Assembly (NCBI RefSeq): GCF_018350175.1 | Contig: NC_058368.1 | Span: 96,474,001 to 96,538,000 of the forward strand | Reading direction: 5' to 3' | Length of the DNA stretch: 64,000 nt | Source: Felis catus | Taxonomy: Eukaryota | Part shown: piece by piece, positions 1 to 12,295 of the stretch | How the letters are laid out: each line of letters starts with the position of its first letter | How positions within the stretch are numbered: position 1 is the stretch's first letter | Notes under the pieces: generated by a model | Told to the model about the DNA's origin: nothing | What the model saw: only the letters and a program-made list of their open reading frames with translations | The model's database searches: none | Position numbers and translations under genes: made by a program

Positions 1-2241
1 CTCAAATTCAAGTGTTCATGGACCCATGCTACATTCTTTCACTACACTCATATTCTCTTCTTCAGGAATATATTTTCTGTCATCAATAACAAAATTCTGA
101 AGGCCTTCTAAGGGTAGAGAATTTTTTTTCCAGAATCTCATAGTATGGAGAACATACCTCCATGTTTTCCAAACTGTCTGAAATCTAGCTTTTCAAATCA
201 TCTATTACCTAAAGATACAAAACAAGATACTAAAAATGATCCATTATATTACATTCACTTAAAACTTAAAATATTTTTGGAATCGACAAATTATAGTTTA
301 TTCAATAAATTTTCACTTGCTCATTTTAGTTTTGTAATACATAAAACTTACATGATTTGATATATTGCAACATTTTGCAAGGTATTTAATCTGCTATTTA
401 AGATTCAGTTGAAATTTACATTAATTCCAACATTCTAAGAAGAAAAATTATTGGTTCATATTTATAAGAGGATCAAACACAAATTAGTTTTTTAAAAAAC
501 AATTTTCCAATGTAATGCTCCATGTTGGGGTATAGTGTTTATCAGTATATTCATTATTATAATTTTACTTTAAAATCATGCAGGAAATCAAATGAAAATC
601 TTCCTAAAATTTAATTTATCCTTGAGAAACTATTTGCATCCCTCAGAAAAGAGGTATTAATATTTTGCAATAAATCTTCATTATCCTTATATGTAAATAT
701 CACTGTTTGGTTTAGTTCTTGCACGCAAGAGATTAATGATAATAAATAAGCCCCATATCTCACACATAACTAACTGATAAACCTATTTTTGGATCTTTCT
801 GTGGATGTGGCTCTTATATGTCATGTTCTTATAAACTACTTATTATAAATACCAGTATTATATGTATAATGGCCTTATCGTGCATTTCACAAACCAGAGA
901 GATTGCTTTCAGGGAATGTAAACCATTAGACATATTTTAAATGTGATGGATGATTTATTTTTGGCATACAGAGAAAGTCTGCAGCTCTTTATTCTGTCAA
1001 GAAACCATAGCTATTCAAAAGCTACAAGTCTGTTGCCTCTCTGTGGTTAATGACTCTAGGTCTGAGAAGGCAATGAAACAGAAGTCCTCAGAGCTGAGTA
1101 AGAAACATTTAAAGGTCTCTTCTAACGCAGGATCTCAGTGGGATTGCAAACAGTGAGCAGTGCAGAAGGTCACAGACAAAAACTTCATAATAAGTCCTTT
1201 TGTCTAGAAAAGAGTCTTTGGAATCATCTCTCCCCAAAAGGACACACTTAATAAAGATAACTTGTTGCTCCGTTCACAAATTCAATATACCTCTTGCATC
1301 TAATTGGATTTCCAAATATTTGGTCATGGAAACTAAATATCATATGAGCTCATACACACAAAACTTTCATGATCTTTATTTAGTGAAGTGCTTTAGTTAT
1401 TTATTTTTAAAGTTGAACTCTCCCTAAGGAATCCAAACTGATAGCTTAAAATGGCATTCTGTTTCTTTCCTGAATGTAAGTCCTGCTTAAGGGCTGTAAT
1501 TCATCCAAAAGGGAAAAAAAAAAAAAAAAAGAAAAAAAGGCACAGACTGGAAATAAATCACCATCATCTGAAGACATGGAATATACATATATAGGTGGGG
1601 TTACACAACTATTCTCTAATATGACTGAATCATAGATGGCACAGATTTCTAGGGGGAAAAAAAAGCATGCTAATGAACTAAAACCACTCTAAATCAAAAT
1701 TCCATTTTCATTATTGACCAGAACACTACCTTGCTACCTCCAAATAGTAAAGCACTAAAGGTGACAGGGACAAAAATAAAGTAATGGACAAAGGTTGAAT
1801 ATAATCATGAAATGAATTCCCCATAAAGCATCTGGCCCTGTTTAGCTGAGTGAGGAAATAGTGTTTTCTTTTTTTCTTGTGAATGGCCAATGCCACTTAA
1901 TTATATATTCATTTAATGTGTTAAAACATGCTTCCTGAGCCTGTATCATAAGACTAGCAATTATGTCACCTGAATTTAAAAGAAAAAAAAATCTGTTTTG
2001 AATGATTCAAGATGGTCTCTCCATGCTTACCAGGGGATATAGAGTCTCAACAGGAATTTCTCTAATCCCAGAGCTTCCCTGTATTTGAGAAGTCATGACC
2101 AGTTATGGAATAAGTAGTTCTTTCAGAAGAAAGGATAATATTTAAAAATGTAAAGAGCTATCAAAATGCATAGTTTAAATTTTTTGGACCTGCTAAAGTG
2201 TATTGCACCACATCAAATTTACGTTTGCCCTCTCCTGATTA

Positions 2242-2420
2242 CAGGTTTCCCCCACCTTCCAAAAGCGGGGTGTTCCTATAAAAACTTATGTAGGCTGAAA
2301 TTGCATATAGTGAGGAATAAATTATTATTAATTTATATGGAAAAATATGCCCTGAGCCAAAATCAAGAGTCAGACACTAAACTGACTGAGCCACCCAAGT
2401 GCTGCAAAAGAGGGGGAATA
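2242..2420. mobile_element. TcMar-Tigger DNA transposon remnant (Tigger9-like), internally deleted and interrupted by a SINE head
   Basis: Starts TA|CAGGTTTCCCCCACCTTCCAAAAG...GTTCCTAT...TTAATTTATATGGAAAAAT, matching a recalled Tigger end. AAAAGAGGGGGAATA at ~2406-2420 resembles the opposite terminal repeat. Confidence 0.55.
2351..2402 (-). mobile_element. Can-SINE 5' head fragment only
   Basis: CCTGAGCCAAAATCAAGAGTCAGACACT...ACTGAGCCACCCAAGTGC is the reverse complement of the SINE head. Confidence 0.85.
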
Positions 2421-3839
2421 GTCTTAACAATCAAACAGGCTTAGGATATAAGGTTGACACTTCAGCAATGGTTTCTCATAATCATTCTCAATGGGCTCCC
2501 CAAAAGTGACTTCCAAATCCAGTTGCTATATCAAGTAATAGAAAGTAAACACAAACTAGAAAATCTCTCTGTGCTAGGAAAACAAATGTCTAGTGATGCT
2601 GGAGACACAGGGCAGCTTACCTAGACACATGACCAGGCTTCAGGGGAGCTACAAGAAACCAATAAACCTTCCTGGGCAGAGCAGAGCTCTGTATTATACT
2701 TACCAGCCACTTAGGAAGAAGTCTACAATCAGAGAAAGAATTTGCATAATTCTCTATTTCATGAAGTGGGATACACCTCATTTCTCATTGTCCTGAGAAT
2801 GTCATCATCAAGATAATGCATATAATAAAATATTTTACCTAGTAGTTAAATATGTACCTCAAAACTAAATTGCAAAGTAACAACAACAACAACAACGAAA
2901 AGTTAAACAAAAAATTCTCAAATGGGATTTGGGGGATCAGGAATACTACCCAAAGTCCAGAAGACCCACTATGTATCAAAATTTTTGAACGACAAAATTA
3001 TAAATAGGTAACTTTAAAACTTCAACTAAGTAGAACAAAATGAAACTCACTATACATATAATAGGTAGGTCGGAGTTTATCCCCCTAAGCATCAGAGCAC
3101 TAATCAAGGTGAGCCCTGTAAGAAAAACTCTCACCCAGTTAACATAGCAAGGTAATGACTTTGTTCCTGCAGATTTCGGCTTGCTCCCGATGCTGTTATC
3201 AGTAAGCTCTATTTCACTAGGCCAACCAAGTATCTGTCCTGAAGCCCAGCCCCCTCGGAAAGAAGGAGACGGCAAAATCTACGTGGTCAATTTACTGTGA
3301 AAATTATTGGCTCATTCAATGTAAACAAAACCGTTTGCCTGATGTGATTTCCCTGAATGTAAAATGTACGTGCTCATTTCAGAAAATATAATGCAGCGTA
3401 ACAAAGAAAAGCCTACCACTCCTTAAAAACACATCGGTCTTTTACCCTTAATATTTTTATCACCGTAGCATAATTCTACATCCTGTTTGATTCATTCCAC
3501 ATTAAATCATGAGAGTCAGCACTGGGGACTAGAAAGTGCATATATTTTGGAATGGGAAAGTCCAGAAGTCTGAATTCCAGTTCTTTGGAATCAAACAGGA
3601 TTCTTCCACTCCATGACTCTCAATGTCTTTACTTAGATAATGGCGATAATATTAGCTACTCTATTGCCTCATTTAAAGAGATGAGGAATATAATCTGTAT
3701 TTGGTGTATAATTCATCAATAAATATTAGTTCATTCCCATTTTACCCTAAAAGCTGGTGAAGTCAAGACAAGTGAAACCATGTATCTATTGACGAGGGAC
3801 CAGGCTCAAGACTTAAGTGTTTTAAAAGGTGACAGAAAA

Positions 3840-3999
3840 GGGGCGCCTGGGTGGCTCAGTAAGTTGAGTGCTGACTTCGGCTCAGGTCATGATCTCATAG
3901 TTTCTGAGTTCGAGCCCCACGTTGGGCTCTCTGCTATCAGCTCAGAGCCTGCTTTGGATCCTCTGTCTCTCTTTCTCCCTCTCTGCTCCTGCCTGGTTT

Positions 4000-4059
<60 letters not shown>

Positions 4060-4090
4060 AAATAACCAGCTCCTTTAAAAAAAAAAAAAA
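3840..4090 (+). mobile_element. Can-SINE (SINEC_Fc family)
   Basis: GGGGCGCCTGGGTGGCTCAG head, (CT)n and A-tail. TSD AAAGGTGACAG at 3825-3835 and 4092-4102. Confidence 0.95.
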
Positions 4091-4924
4091 GAAAGGTGAC
4101 AGGAAGATGTGTATGCTTTGCACATGTGTGTATGCTGTGTCCATGTGGGCATGCACTAACGTGTATGTGTGCATGTGCACGTGTGTGCCTTCACGTGCAT
4201 TTCCTTTAGGTCCTGCCAGAGTAGAAGCCCTTTCAGGGACAGGGAAAGAGAAGTTGTCTTGGGAGATAGGTGGGTTCTGAAGGACCCCTGAGGAGAAGCT
4301 GAGTCAGGCATCTGCTCACTCAATAGTCCCACTAGGTATCTCTATCAGCAAACAAAAGGGGCCACTTTCTGTGTTAATGTCTGCTGTGCCTTTGGCCCCC
4401 ATACAGTCTCTAAGCAGAGGGCATCCCCATCCTGCACCTTAGAGCTGCCTTGCCAAGAAGGCATGCTGGGATTTTGTAAGCTCTGAACCAAAAAGGTTAT
4501 TTTTCAGCTGGCTGAGGCTCAGGGAATCTAAGGAGAGTGCAAGGTAATAAAATCAAGACTCTGCCAACAAAATTACCCCCTTATTCCCTGCCATTAAGAT
4601 AGTTCTGCTTTACTCTGCAGGATATAAAGAGGATTTAGTTGAATAAATCCTATTATTTATTACAGCCACCATTTACAACAGAAATCGTTTCCACCCGCCT
4701 GCTTAGGAAAATGGGCAAATTACTGGGTCATCACTTATGGTCACAGAAACATAAGTCTCCTAGCTGGCAGTGAACCCCAAGCAGCAGATAAAAACATTCA
4801 AGATGATGGAGACAGAAAGCGATATAGGCGATAGAGCAAGGAATGACAGCTTCTGACCTTCTAGTGTTTACTCTGAAAGTCAAAGAAACTTTTAGAGACA
4901 GTCATGTGAGCCACAACAGCAGAA

Positions 4925-4986
4925 AGGCTCTGCTCCACAGCAGAGAGCCCAACGTGGGGCTCGAACTCCGGAAATATGAGATCATG
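4925..4986 (-). mobile_element. Can-SINE internal (B-box region) fragment
   Basis: GAGCCCAACGTGGGGCTCGAACTC...GAGATCATG; no normal head or (CT)n tail. Confidence 0.85.
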
Positions 4987-5625
4987 GAAGTGTAGACTTC
5001 CAGCTAAAACCACAAAGAAACTTAACCCCCCAAACAGGCAAGGATTTGACCACAATCCACTGTCAGGTTAAAAAATCTATTAAAAAATAAGAGTAAATGC
5101 AGTCTTTTCAAATAAACACGATGTGGTTTTTTTTGTTCTCATTCAATCAAGCTCAAAATGAAACACAATGCTTGGATACATTTAAGTTCCCTGGCAGATA
5201 CATATGTAACATTGTTGATAAAGAAAAAAATTACATGTTTTAATGCAGTAAAGCAAGAGAGACCTATATCCGGTTCCATTTTTGAAAGTTTATATCTATA
5301 ATTTTCTTTTTCTGAAAGCTTGATTGTTCCAACCCATTATGTTAAGTTAAAAATAAAACAGGTGCTTTTGAAAAAAAAAATCACACAAATATTTTGAGCA
5401 TTTTTTGTGTGCGTGTGTGTGAAGTGTAATGGCATTTCCTTCATTCCTAAGTTGATAATTCTGCCCCGTGAATAATGGAAAAATAACTTTTATAGAAATG
5501 ACCAAATAATTTTGAAAGAATTTAAGTATCTGTCAACTTTGTCTTTTCTAGTCTCGCTTCTCTTTAAAGACTGTACTTTGATACTTCTAGAATGCCAATT
5601 CAATAGTCAAAAGCTCTTGGTGGCT

Positions 5626-5836
5626 GGGGCACCTGGGTGGCTCAGTGGGTTGAATGTCCGACTTCAGCTCATGTCATGATCTCATGGTTGGTGAGTTTGA
5701 ACCCCACATCTGGCTCACTGCTATCAGCCTGTCAGCACAAAACCCGCTTCATATCCTCTGCCCCCCTCTCTCTGCCCTCCCCTGCTTGCGCTCTTTCAAA
5801 ACATAAATAAATATTTAAAAAAATAAAACTAAAAAA
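5626..5836 (+). mobile_element. Can-SINE
   Basis: Head, body and tail present. Imperfect TSD AAAAGCTC(T/A)T(G/A)GTGGC. Confidence 0.95.
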
Positions 5837-6484
5837 AGCTCATAGTGGCCTAAAGAGCCAGGAAGAACACACAAACTTTGACAAGATCTAGTGCAGTTGC
5901 CTACAGACAACTGGTTTCTGGACCCACCAGCTCTGATGAGCATCTAACTTTGAATAAGTGAGTTTGTTTCATGAAACCTAATACACACTTCTTCCCCTGT
6001 TAGACTGAGGAACAGGAAATGTTGTGAAAATAATAAAACAAAAATATGCCAACTTCGTTATTTTTTCTGGATAATTTTTTACAAAATTAAATCTTACAGA
6101 AATACATAATACAGAGAGTGAAAACCCCCCATATCTCACCCACTTGAGATAAATGCCTTCAATGGGTTAAAGATTTCTCCAATGTTTTAATATTTCTCTA
6201 TTTTAATATATTGCTATCATTTTTATTCTGTGTTTTACTTTTTATTCACGAAGTACACTCATGATACACATCAACTCTTGTTTTTTGCTATTGTTGTTTG
6301 TTTGTTTTTTAACTCTGGCTTTACTTTGTAAGACTACATCCATAATGGGATCTCTTTATTATGGATACTATCCCACAATTCTCTCGTGTCCTGTACATTT
6401 AACCAGTCCTCTCCTGAGGGGTATTTGGTTTGATTTTCATTTCTCTTTATAAGTGATAATGCAATTAAAACTCATTTACACACT

Positions 6485-6488
<4 letters not shown>

Positions 6489-6531
<43 letters not shown>
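6489..6531. repeat. (CA)n microsatellite
   Basis: About 21 uninterrupted AC units. Confidence 0.95.
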
Positions 6532-6532
<1 letters not shown>

Positions 6533-6601
6533 TTTCCTTCAGGAGGAATTTCCGGAAGTGGCAAGGACAATGTAGGATCAAAGGTAAACATTTTCAGATT
6601 T

Positions 6602-6900
<299 letters not shown>

Positions 6901-7681
6901 TTTAAAGATTTTCAGATTTTAAGAGATTCTGTCCAATTTCCCTGCATACATGTACCAATTTCCACTCTTACGAATAGTGTTTGACAGTGCTCATGTCTTG
7001 AAACTTCCTTTTTCCCTTGTCGTCCCTGAAGAACCTATTATAGTTCTTGGTACATAATCAGCATGTGATATTTGCTCAGTGAGCGGATAAAAACACTAAA
7101 GTTAAATGATCAAATAGTTTATTTACACAGTTATCAATGTATATAGGTACATGGATACGCACATGTATCTTTATAAATGTCATATTATATACCTCAGATT
7201 CAATAAGCATTCCAAATAGATGTACTTAGAGGATTTGAGATATGGAATTCTCCATGCTTCAATAAATTGTGATTGTTTAGTTAAATATAATTTCTGGCTT
7301 CTGAGCAGAGGAGACTGAGTCATACAATGCTTTTTGGCATTTTCCAGAATATATACTTGTATTTTAAATCTTGAGATCAATGTAGCATCTCTATAATAAC
7401 TTTTGTTAGGTGCACTCAACTACACCAAAAATAGATTTATTATGTCCCTATGCTTTGAAATGTAAGCTTTCTTTTCAAACTAAAGAACTAGTTTCTCTGA
7501 ATGCAAAGTTTTCACTGAAAGCAAGTTCTATGGAGAAGCCACTTGATTCTCAGAGATTAAAGGGATCATAAATGTCAAAGTCATTATTTTGGGATTGTAG
7601 TGACCTGGGCTTTGGGAAAACTAGACTTACTTGATGTTGTGACCAAGATAAGTGCCTTCCTTTTATGCAAAAGATTATTTC

Positions 7682-7877
7682 CTTTAATGTTTATTTTGGG
7701 GAGAGGGAGTCAGAGGGGGAGGGGAAGAGAGAGAGAGGCAGAGAGAGAAACCCAAGCAGGCTCTGCACTATCAGCACAGAGCCAGATGTGGGGCTTGAAC
7801 TCACAAACCATGAGATCATAACCTGAGCCAAAACCAAGAGCCAGATGCTTAACCAACTGAACCACCCAGGCGCCCCC
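7682..7877 (-). mobile_element. Can-SINE
   Basis: Ends ...CCACCCAGGCGCCCC. Confidence 0.95.
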
Positions 7878-8369
7878 AAAAGATGACTGTGTTAAACAGT
7901 CACCAAGAAAAAACAAAGGTATGCATTTGATTATATTTGAATTCCCCAGAAGAGTCAGGGTACACAAGATAAGAAACCTACTGAAGATAATGTAGGAATG
8001 GTTTACAGAATAAATAAGGGAGTCTTAGTAAATAATAGTTTTATTACTCTGAAATTTTTTATAATTCCACTTTAAAAATTCATAATTGGCACAGAGGTAT
8101 ACTGTCCACTAGTTAATTTCAGAACTTGAGATCAGCATTCCAGGAAAGCACTGAGATGTCAAACCAGCGAGTTCATTTGGGCTACTGGGGCAAAAAGAAG
8201 AAAGTTTCTGAACCTAACAGCCAAGGTCACTATGAAGTGGGAGATCAAGGCAAAGAAGTAGCTTAAATGCAAGTAACTATTCCAGAGGCAGAGGTCATGA
8301 AGACTCGGAGAGTCAAGACAGGTAAGTAGCAGAAATGAGGCAGATATATGGGAAAAGAACTAACATGTA

Positions 8370-8560
8370 TCGATTTCTCAAGATACACCAGGCACTATGG
8401 CAACATCGTCTTCAGACAGCTTTTATTTTTCTTAATCCTCCCAGCTGCCTCTGACAGTCACTTATACTGTTATTTATAGAAAAGGAATTGAGGCTCAGAG
8501 AACCTAAGTGGCTTTCCCAAGGGTTACTCAGCTGATAAAAGTCAAGGTTAAGGCAACAAA
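8370..8560 (-). mobile_element. MIR relic
   Basis: TTTATAGAAAAGGAATTGAGGCTCAGAGAACCTAAGTGGCTTTCCCAAGGGTTACTCAGCT resembles the MIR core. Confidence 0.7.
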
Positions 8561-8759
8561 GAGGATGTTCTTTGAACTACCCCATGCTAAAGATCCAAGT
8601 GTAAAGACCCAAGTCAGACCAATATATCTTCTAACAGAAACTGTCTCCAAAGTAAGCTTCTGAAACTCTCCCTATGAGGGAAGACAGTAATAACTGGTTT
8701 CCTAATATGACATTAAGCTTAGTCTTGAAGTTTCTTTAACCACCATTCCTGATCCACAT

Positions 8760-8908
8760 CCATAAAAATTGTATTTTATTAAAAATTTGGGTTCCTAGGA
8801 CCAACCCCTAGCTATTAAATCAGAATCTTGTGGGATTAGGAACCTACAAAACAGTTTTAACCAACATCCCATGTGGCTTTTAAATACAGCGAAGCTTTAA
8901 GAGCACTG
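8760..8908. mobile_element. MER5-like hAT-Charlie relic
   Basis: CTATTAAATCAGAATCT...TTTTAACCAACATCCCATGTGG...TTTAAGAGCACTG. Confidence 0.55.
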
Positions 8909-9799
8909 ATTTAAAGACTCACAGTTATTGGTAATTGTATATAAACCTTGACACCTAGCATATGCACACAAACCTGTTACGTAACATTTGGAGGGAAGAC
9001 AACCAGTTTTCTAGGTTCTGAAAATGACTGAAAATGACAGTGAAAGGGAAAGAACAGAATGGAACCATCCATAACTGGTGAATTAGGTAATAACAGCAGG
9101 AAAAAACCCAAAACATACTGAAAATCCATTTCAGGAATTGTCAAGATCACAAACAACAGAGATACTAAACCCTAACAACAGAAATACCTGTTAGGTTAAA
9201 GCAGATTGAGAGGATCAAAATGACAAACTACTCAATCTTGAAATTACATGAGTTTTCAGACCTTTGAGGCAGGGCCGAAGTAGGAGAAAGACTGTTATAT
9301 AAAGCAGGTCTTCAGCTAGTGTTTCAGACACATTAGAATAAGGGCTCAGATAACCAAGTTCTACCTTCAAATTAATTACCAATTAATTTCTCTGCTTGAA
9401 CCTGGGAGACATGATTTATGAAGGCCAAGGACGGACGCCAAGGACCAAAAATACAGGAGACTCAACTGGAAATTTTACATAAAATTTTTCTGGGGGGAAA
9501 GGAGGTTCTTCTGAGACCAGTTTTAGCACCTTGTATGAATCCTACTAAGGTCAAGCAGAAATGTTATTAAGAAAGAAATGTCCTTTTCTTTAATCCCACA
9601 TCTTTCAGAAATATGGATTTATTTTTTGTGTGTTGTTTGCATTTCAAATGCCAGTAATGCCTTCAATAACTTCCTGACCTGGTCACCTAGAATAAATACT
9701 CATATATTCCAGGCATAATATTCAAGTGTAAAGAGATTTTTGACCCACAAGTGCATGGATAAGTTATATAGTTATCCAGGTAAACCCAGTTAAATTTTC

Positions 9800-10010
9800 T
9801 GTTTTGTATATGCTCCTAGCACTGGTCAAATTATTTACATGATTCATCTAATTTAATTCTTAGAACAATTCTGTGAGATGTCAGTCTTATGAGTATCTTA
9901 CCAATAAGAAAACCAGGGCCCAGAGAGGATAGGAAAGTTACCCAAGTCATGGAGAGAGTAAACGGCAGGTTAGGATTTGATCCTGGGAAATAATTAACCA
10001 CGACACTAGA
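9800..10010 (-). mobile_element. MIR relic
   Basis: ATAAGAAAACCAGGGCCCAGAGAGGATAGGAAAGTTACCCAAGTCA resembles the MIR core. Confidence 0.65.
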
Positions 10011-10379
10011 TTAACAGCAATAACAAGCAGAAATGGGAATATATCTGGTATCCAAATCAACACAAATGTCTCCAATGGGGGCATTTCATTATTTTAAGAG
10101 AATACATGCCAAGTTTTATAAAAATGGGTATAGCAGATGATTTCAATAAGGAACTTCCAAAGCAAAGTAAAGATTCCATCTTGATTCTATGTGGCTCCAC
10201 GGTTAATATCTATGTCTACAATGGAAATCAAGGTGCATACTGATGGAGCTGAACCTCTGACAGATTATCAAGTTTACTTCAAACATGCAAAGAAGAAGAG
10301 ATTTGGCATCAGTATAAACAATATTTAACTAGCTGTTACATATTTTATTTAATGCTTGGAAAATCGACCATCTATATAT

Positions 10380-10525
10380 GGTTTTGGAATTAGGAGACTC
10401 ATTTCAAATCCAAGCTCGGTCACTTACTACCCATGTGCTCTTGGCCAGGTAACTTTTTTTATCCTAAGCATCACTACCCTAATCCTATAAATTAAGGAGA
10501 TGGACTAATTATTACTCTAAATTCT
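10380..10525 (+). mobile_element. MIR relic
   Basis: TTCAAATCCAAGCTCGGTCACTTACTACCCATGTGCTCTTGGCCAGGTAACTT. Confidence 0.65.
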
Positions 10526-10529
10526 GTTC

Positions 10530-10688
10530 ATGAGCAGCTTTATCACAATCCTTTGGAGGTGCTGGCTAAAACTACAGATTTTTAGGACTTAGCCTGTATG
10601 TTAAATCAGAAATCTCTGTTGGTGGGGCTTAGCTTTTTAAGCAAGCTCCCCTAGTGAATATGTGAGCATTGAGGTTTAGAAACTAGTG
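10530..10688. mobile_element. MER5-like hAT-Charlie relic
   Basis: AAATCAGAAATCTCTGTTGGTGGGGC...TTTTTAAGCAAGCTCCCC...GTTTAGAAACTAGTG. Confidence 0.6.
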
Positions 10689-10924
10689 GACTAGATAACT
10701 TAAAAATTTCCAAGATATACTCTCCCAGTTGTGTCCAAGATAAATTATAGCTTCTTCCCCATTTTAAAAGAAAGAGCAAAGAGCTAATAATTATATCAAA
10801 AATATAACTGATAATGATTAATAAAGACACTATATCTGATTGTAAATCATAAAACAAGAAAGGAATTTGCAAAGTTATGTGACTTCTGATCTTTTTTTTT
10901 ATATAAAGCAAATGATTACTTTAT

Positions 10925-11119
10925 ATTTTTTTTAATGTTTATTTTTGAGAAAGAGAGAGTGCAAGCAGGGGAGGGACAGAGAGAGGGAGTGACAGAGGAT
11001 CCAAAGCAAACTCTGAGCTGTTAGCAGTGAGCCCCATGTGGGGCTCAAACTCACGAACTATGAGATCATGACCTCGGCCAAAGCCAGATGCTTAACCAAG
11101 GGAGCCACCCAGGCACCCC
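10925..11119 (-). mobile_element. Can-SINE
   Basis: Full reverse-complement SINE. Confidence 0.95.
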
Positions 11120-11751
11120 AACCTTTGCCCTCTAAGACTAGTTACATCAGGTTTGAAATACCACCTTTGGAAGAGGGTTTTTCATAATCATTCCATTTCT
11201 CCCAACATGCAAAAGACTCCAAAAGTGATCATCAGTAGATACCCAGAAAGTTACAATCCCACATAAATACTAAATTCTGCTATTACGAGCTTGAGGGAAC
11301 ATTGCTTGAAAATCACTCAACGTAAGAAAGTTATTTATACTTAACTGTCATCCATGCACCACAATTAAACAGTGAACTTAAAACACTAGGGCACCATAAG
11401 GTTTCCAGGTAGTACCTTAATCAATTACAAGGAAAATTCTAAGTTCCTCTCTTGTCTCATGAAAGTAATTCCTTTACTATTTTTAATCCTAACATTATAG
11501 AAGAAGTCAGTCAGAATAAAGTAAATTTCCATATCTCAGGCTGGAATAAATTTCCTAATTAAAATATCTCAATATAAATAACATTCAATTTATAAATAGT
11601 GCTCAAATTTGTCTGAAAGAAGGAAGAAATTACAGTTGACCCTCGAACAACATAGGTTTGAACTGCATGGGTCCACTGAGACACAGTGTTTCTTTCTTTT
11701 TATTCCAGTAAATACAGTATAGGACTATAAATGTATTTCCTCCTCCTCATG

Positions 11752-11838
11752 ATTTTTTGAAATTTATTTATTTTGAGAGAAAGAGAAACAGAGCATGCAA
11801 GCAGGGGAGGGGCAGAGAGAGAGAGGGAGAGAAGGAGA

Positions 11839-11870
<32 letters not shown>

Positions 11871-11997
11871 ATCCCAAGCAGGCTCCATGCTGACAACACA
11901 GAGTCTGACACAGGGCTTGAACCCACAAGTGGTGAGATCATACGTGAGCCAAAATCAACAGTCACATACTTAACCAACTGAGCCACCCAGGTGCCCC
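11752..11997 (-). mobile_element. Can-SINE nested in the Tigger
   Basis: Full SINE; CTCATG-T-rich direct repeat on both sides. Confidence 0.95.
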
Positions 11998-12017
11998 TCA
12001 TGTTTTTCTTAACAACA

Positions 12018-12027
12018 TTTTCTTTTC

Positions 12028-12058
<31 letters not shown>

Positions 12059-12110
12059 CTTTTCTTTTCTTTTCTTTTCTTTTCTTTTCTTTCTCTTCTT
12101 TTCTTTCTTT
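12018..12110. repeat. (TTTTC)n tract inside the Tigger
   Basis: Seen directly. Confidence 0.9.
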
Positions 12111-12295
12111 GTTGTAAGAATACAGTATATAATACATATAAAAGACAAAAGAGATGTTATTGACTGAGAACTACTCAATAGTAGGCTATTAGCAGTTAAC
12201 TCTTTGGGGAGCAAAAAGTTACAAGTATATCTTCAACTATGGGAGGGGGGGTTGCCAATGCCTCTAACTCCTGCACTGTTCATGGGTGAACTGTA

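Larger units (their letters stand above)
11633..12293. mobile_element. Tigger2a-like non-autonomous DNA transposon
   Basis: Terminal inverted repeats CAGTTGACCCTCGAACA and TGTTCATGGGTGAACTG, with TA target duplication at 11631-11632 and 12294-12295. Confidence 0.9.

Noticed and set aside
2976..3275. 99-aa minus-strand ORF as a coding exon
   Set aside because: Non-ATG start and no recognisable homology; frames from the upstream acceptor hit stops.
4115..4200. Two CACGTG E-boxes as a regulatory element
   Set aside because: They lie in a decayed (TG)n tract where such words arise readily.
2351..4986. The two SINE fragments (2351-2402 head, 4925-4986 core) as halves of one circularly permuted element
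   Set aside because: Their breakpoints are nearly complementary, but each has its own local explanation: a deletion within a Tigger, and a separate direct-repeat-flanked insertion.
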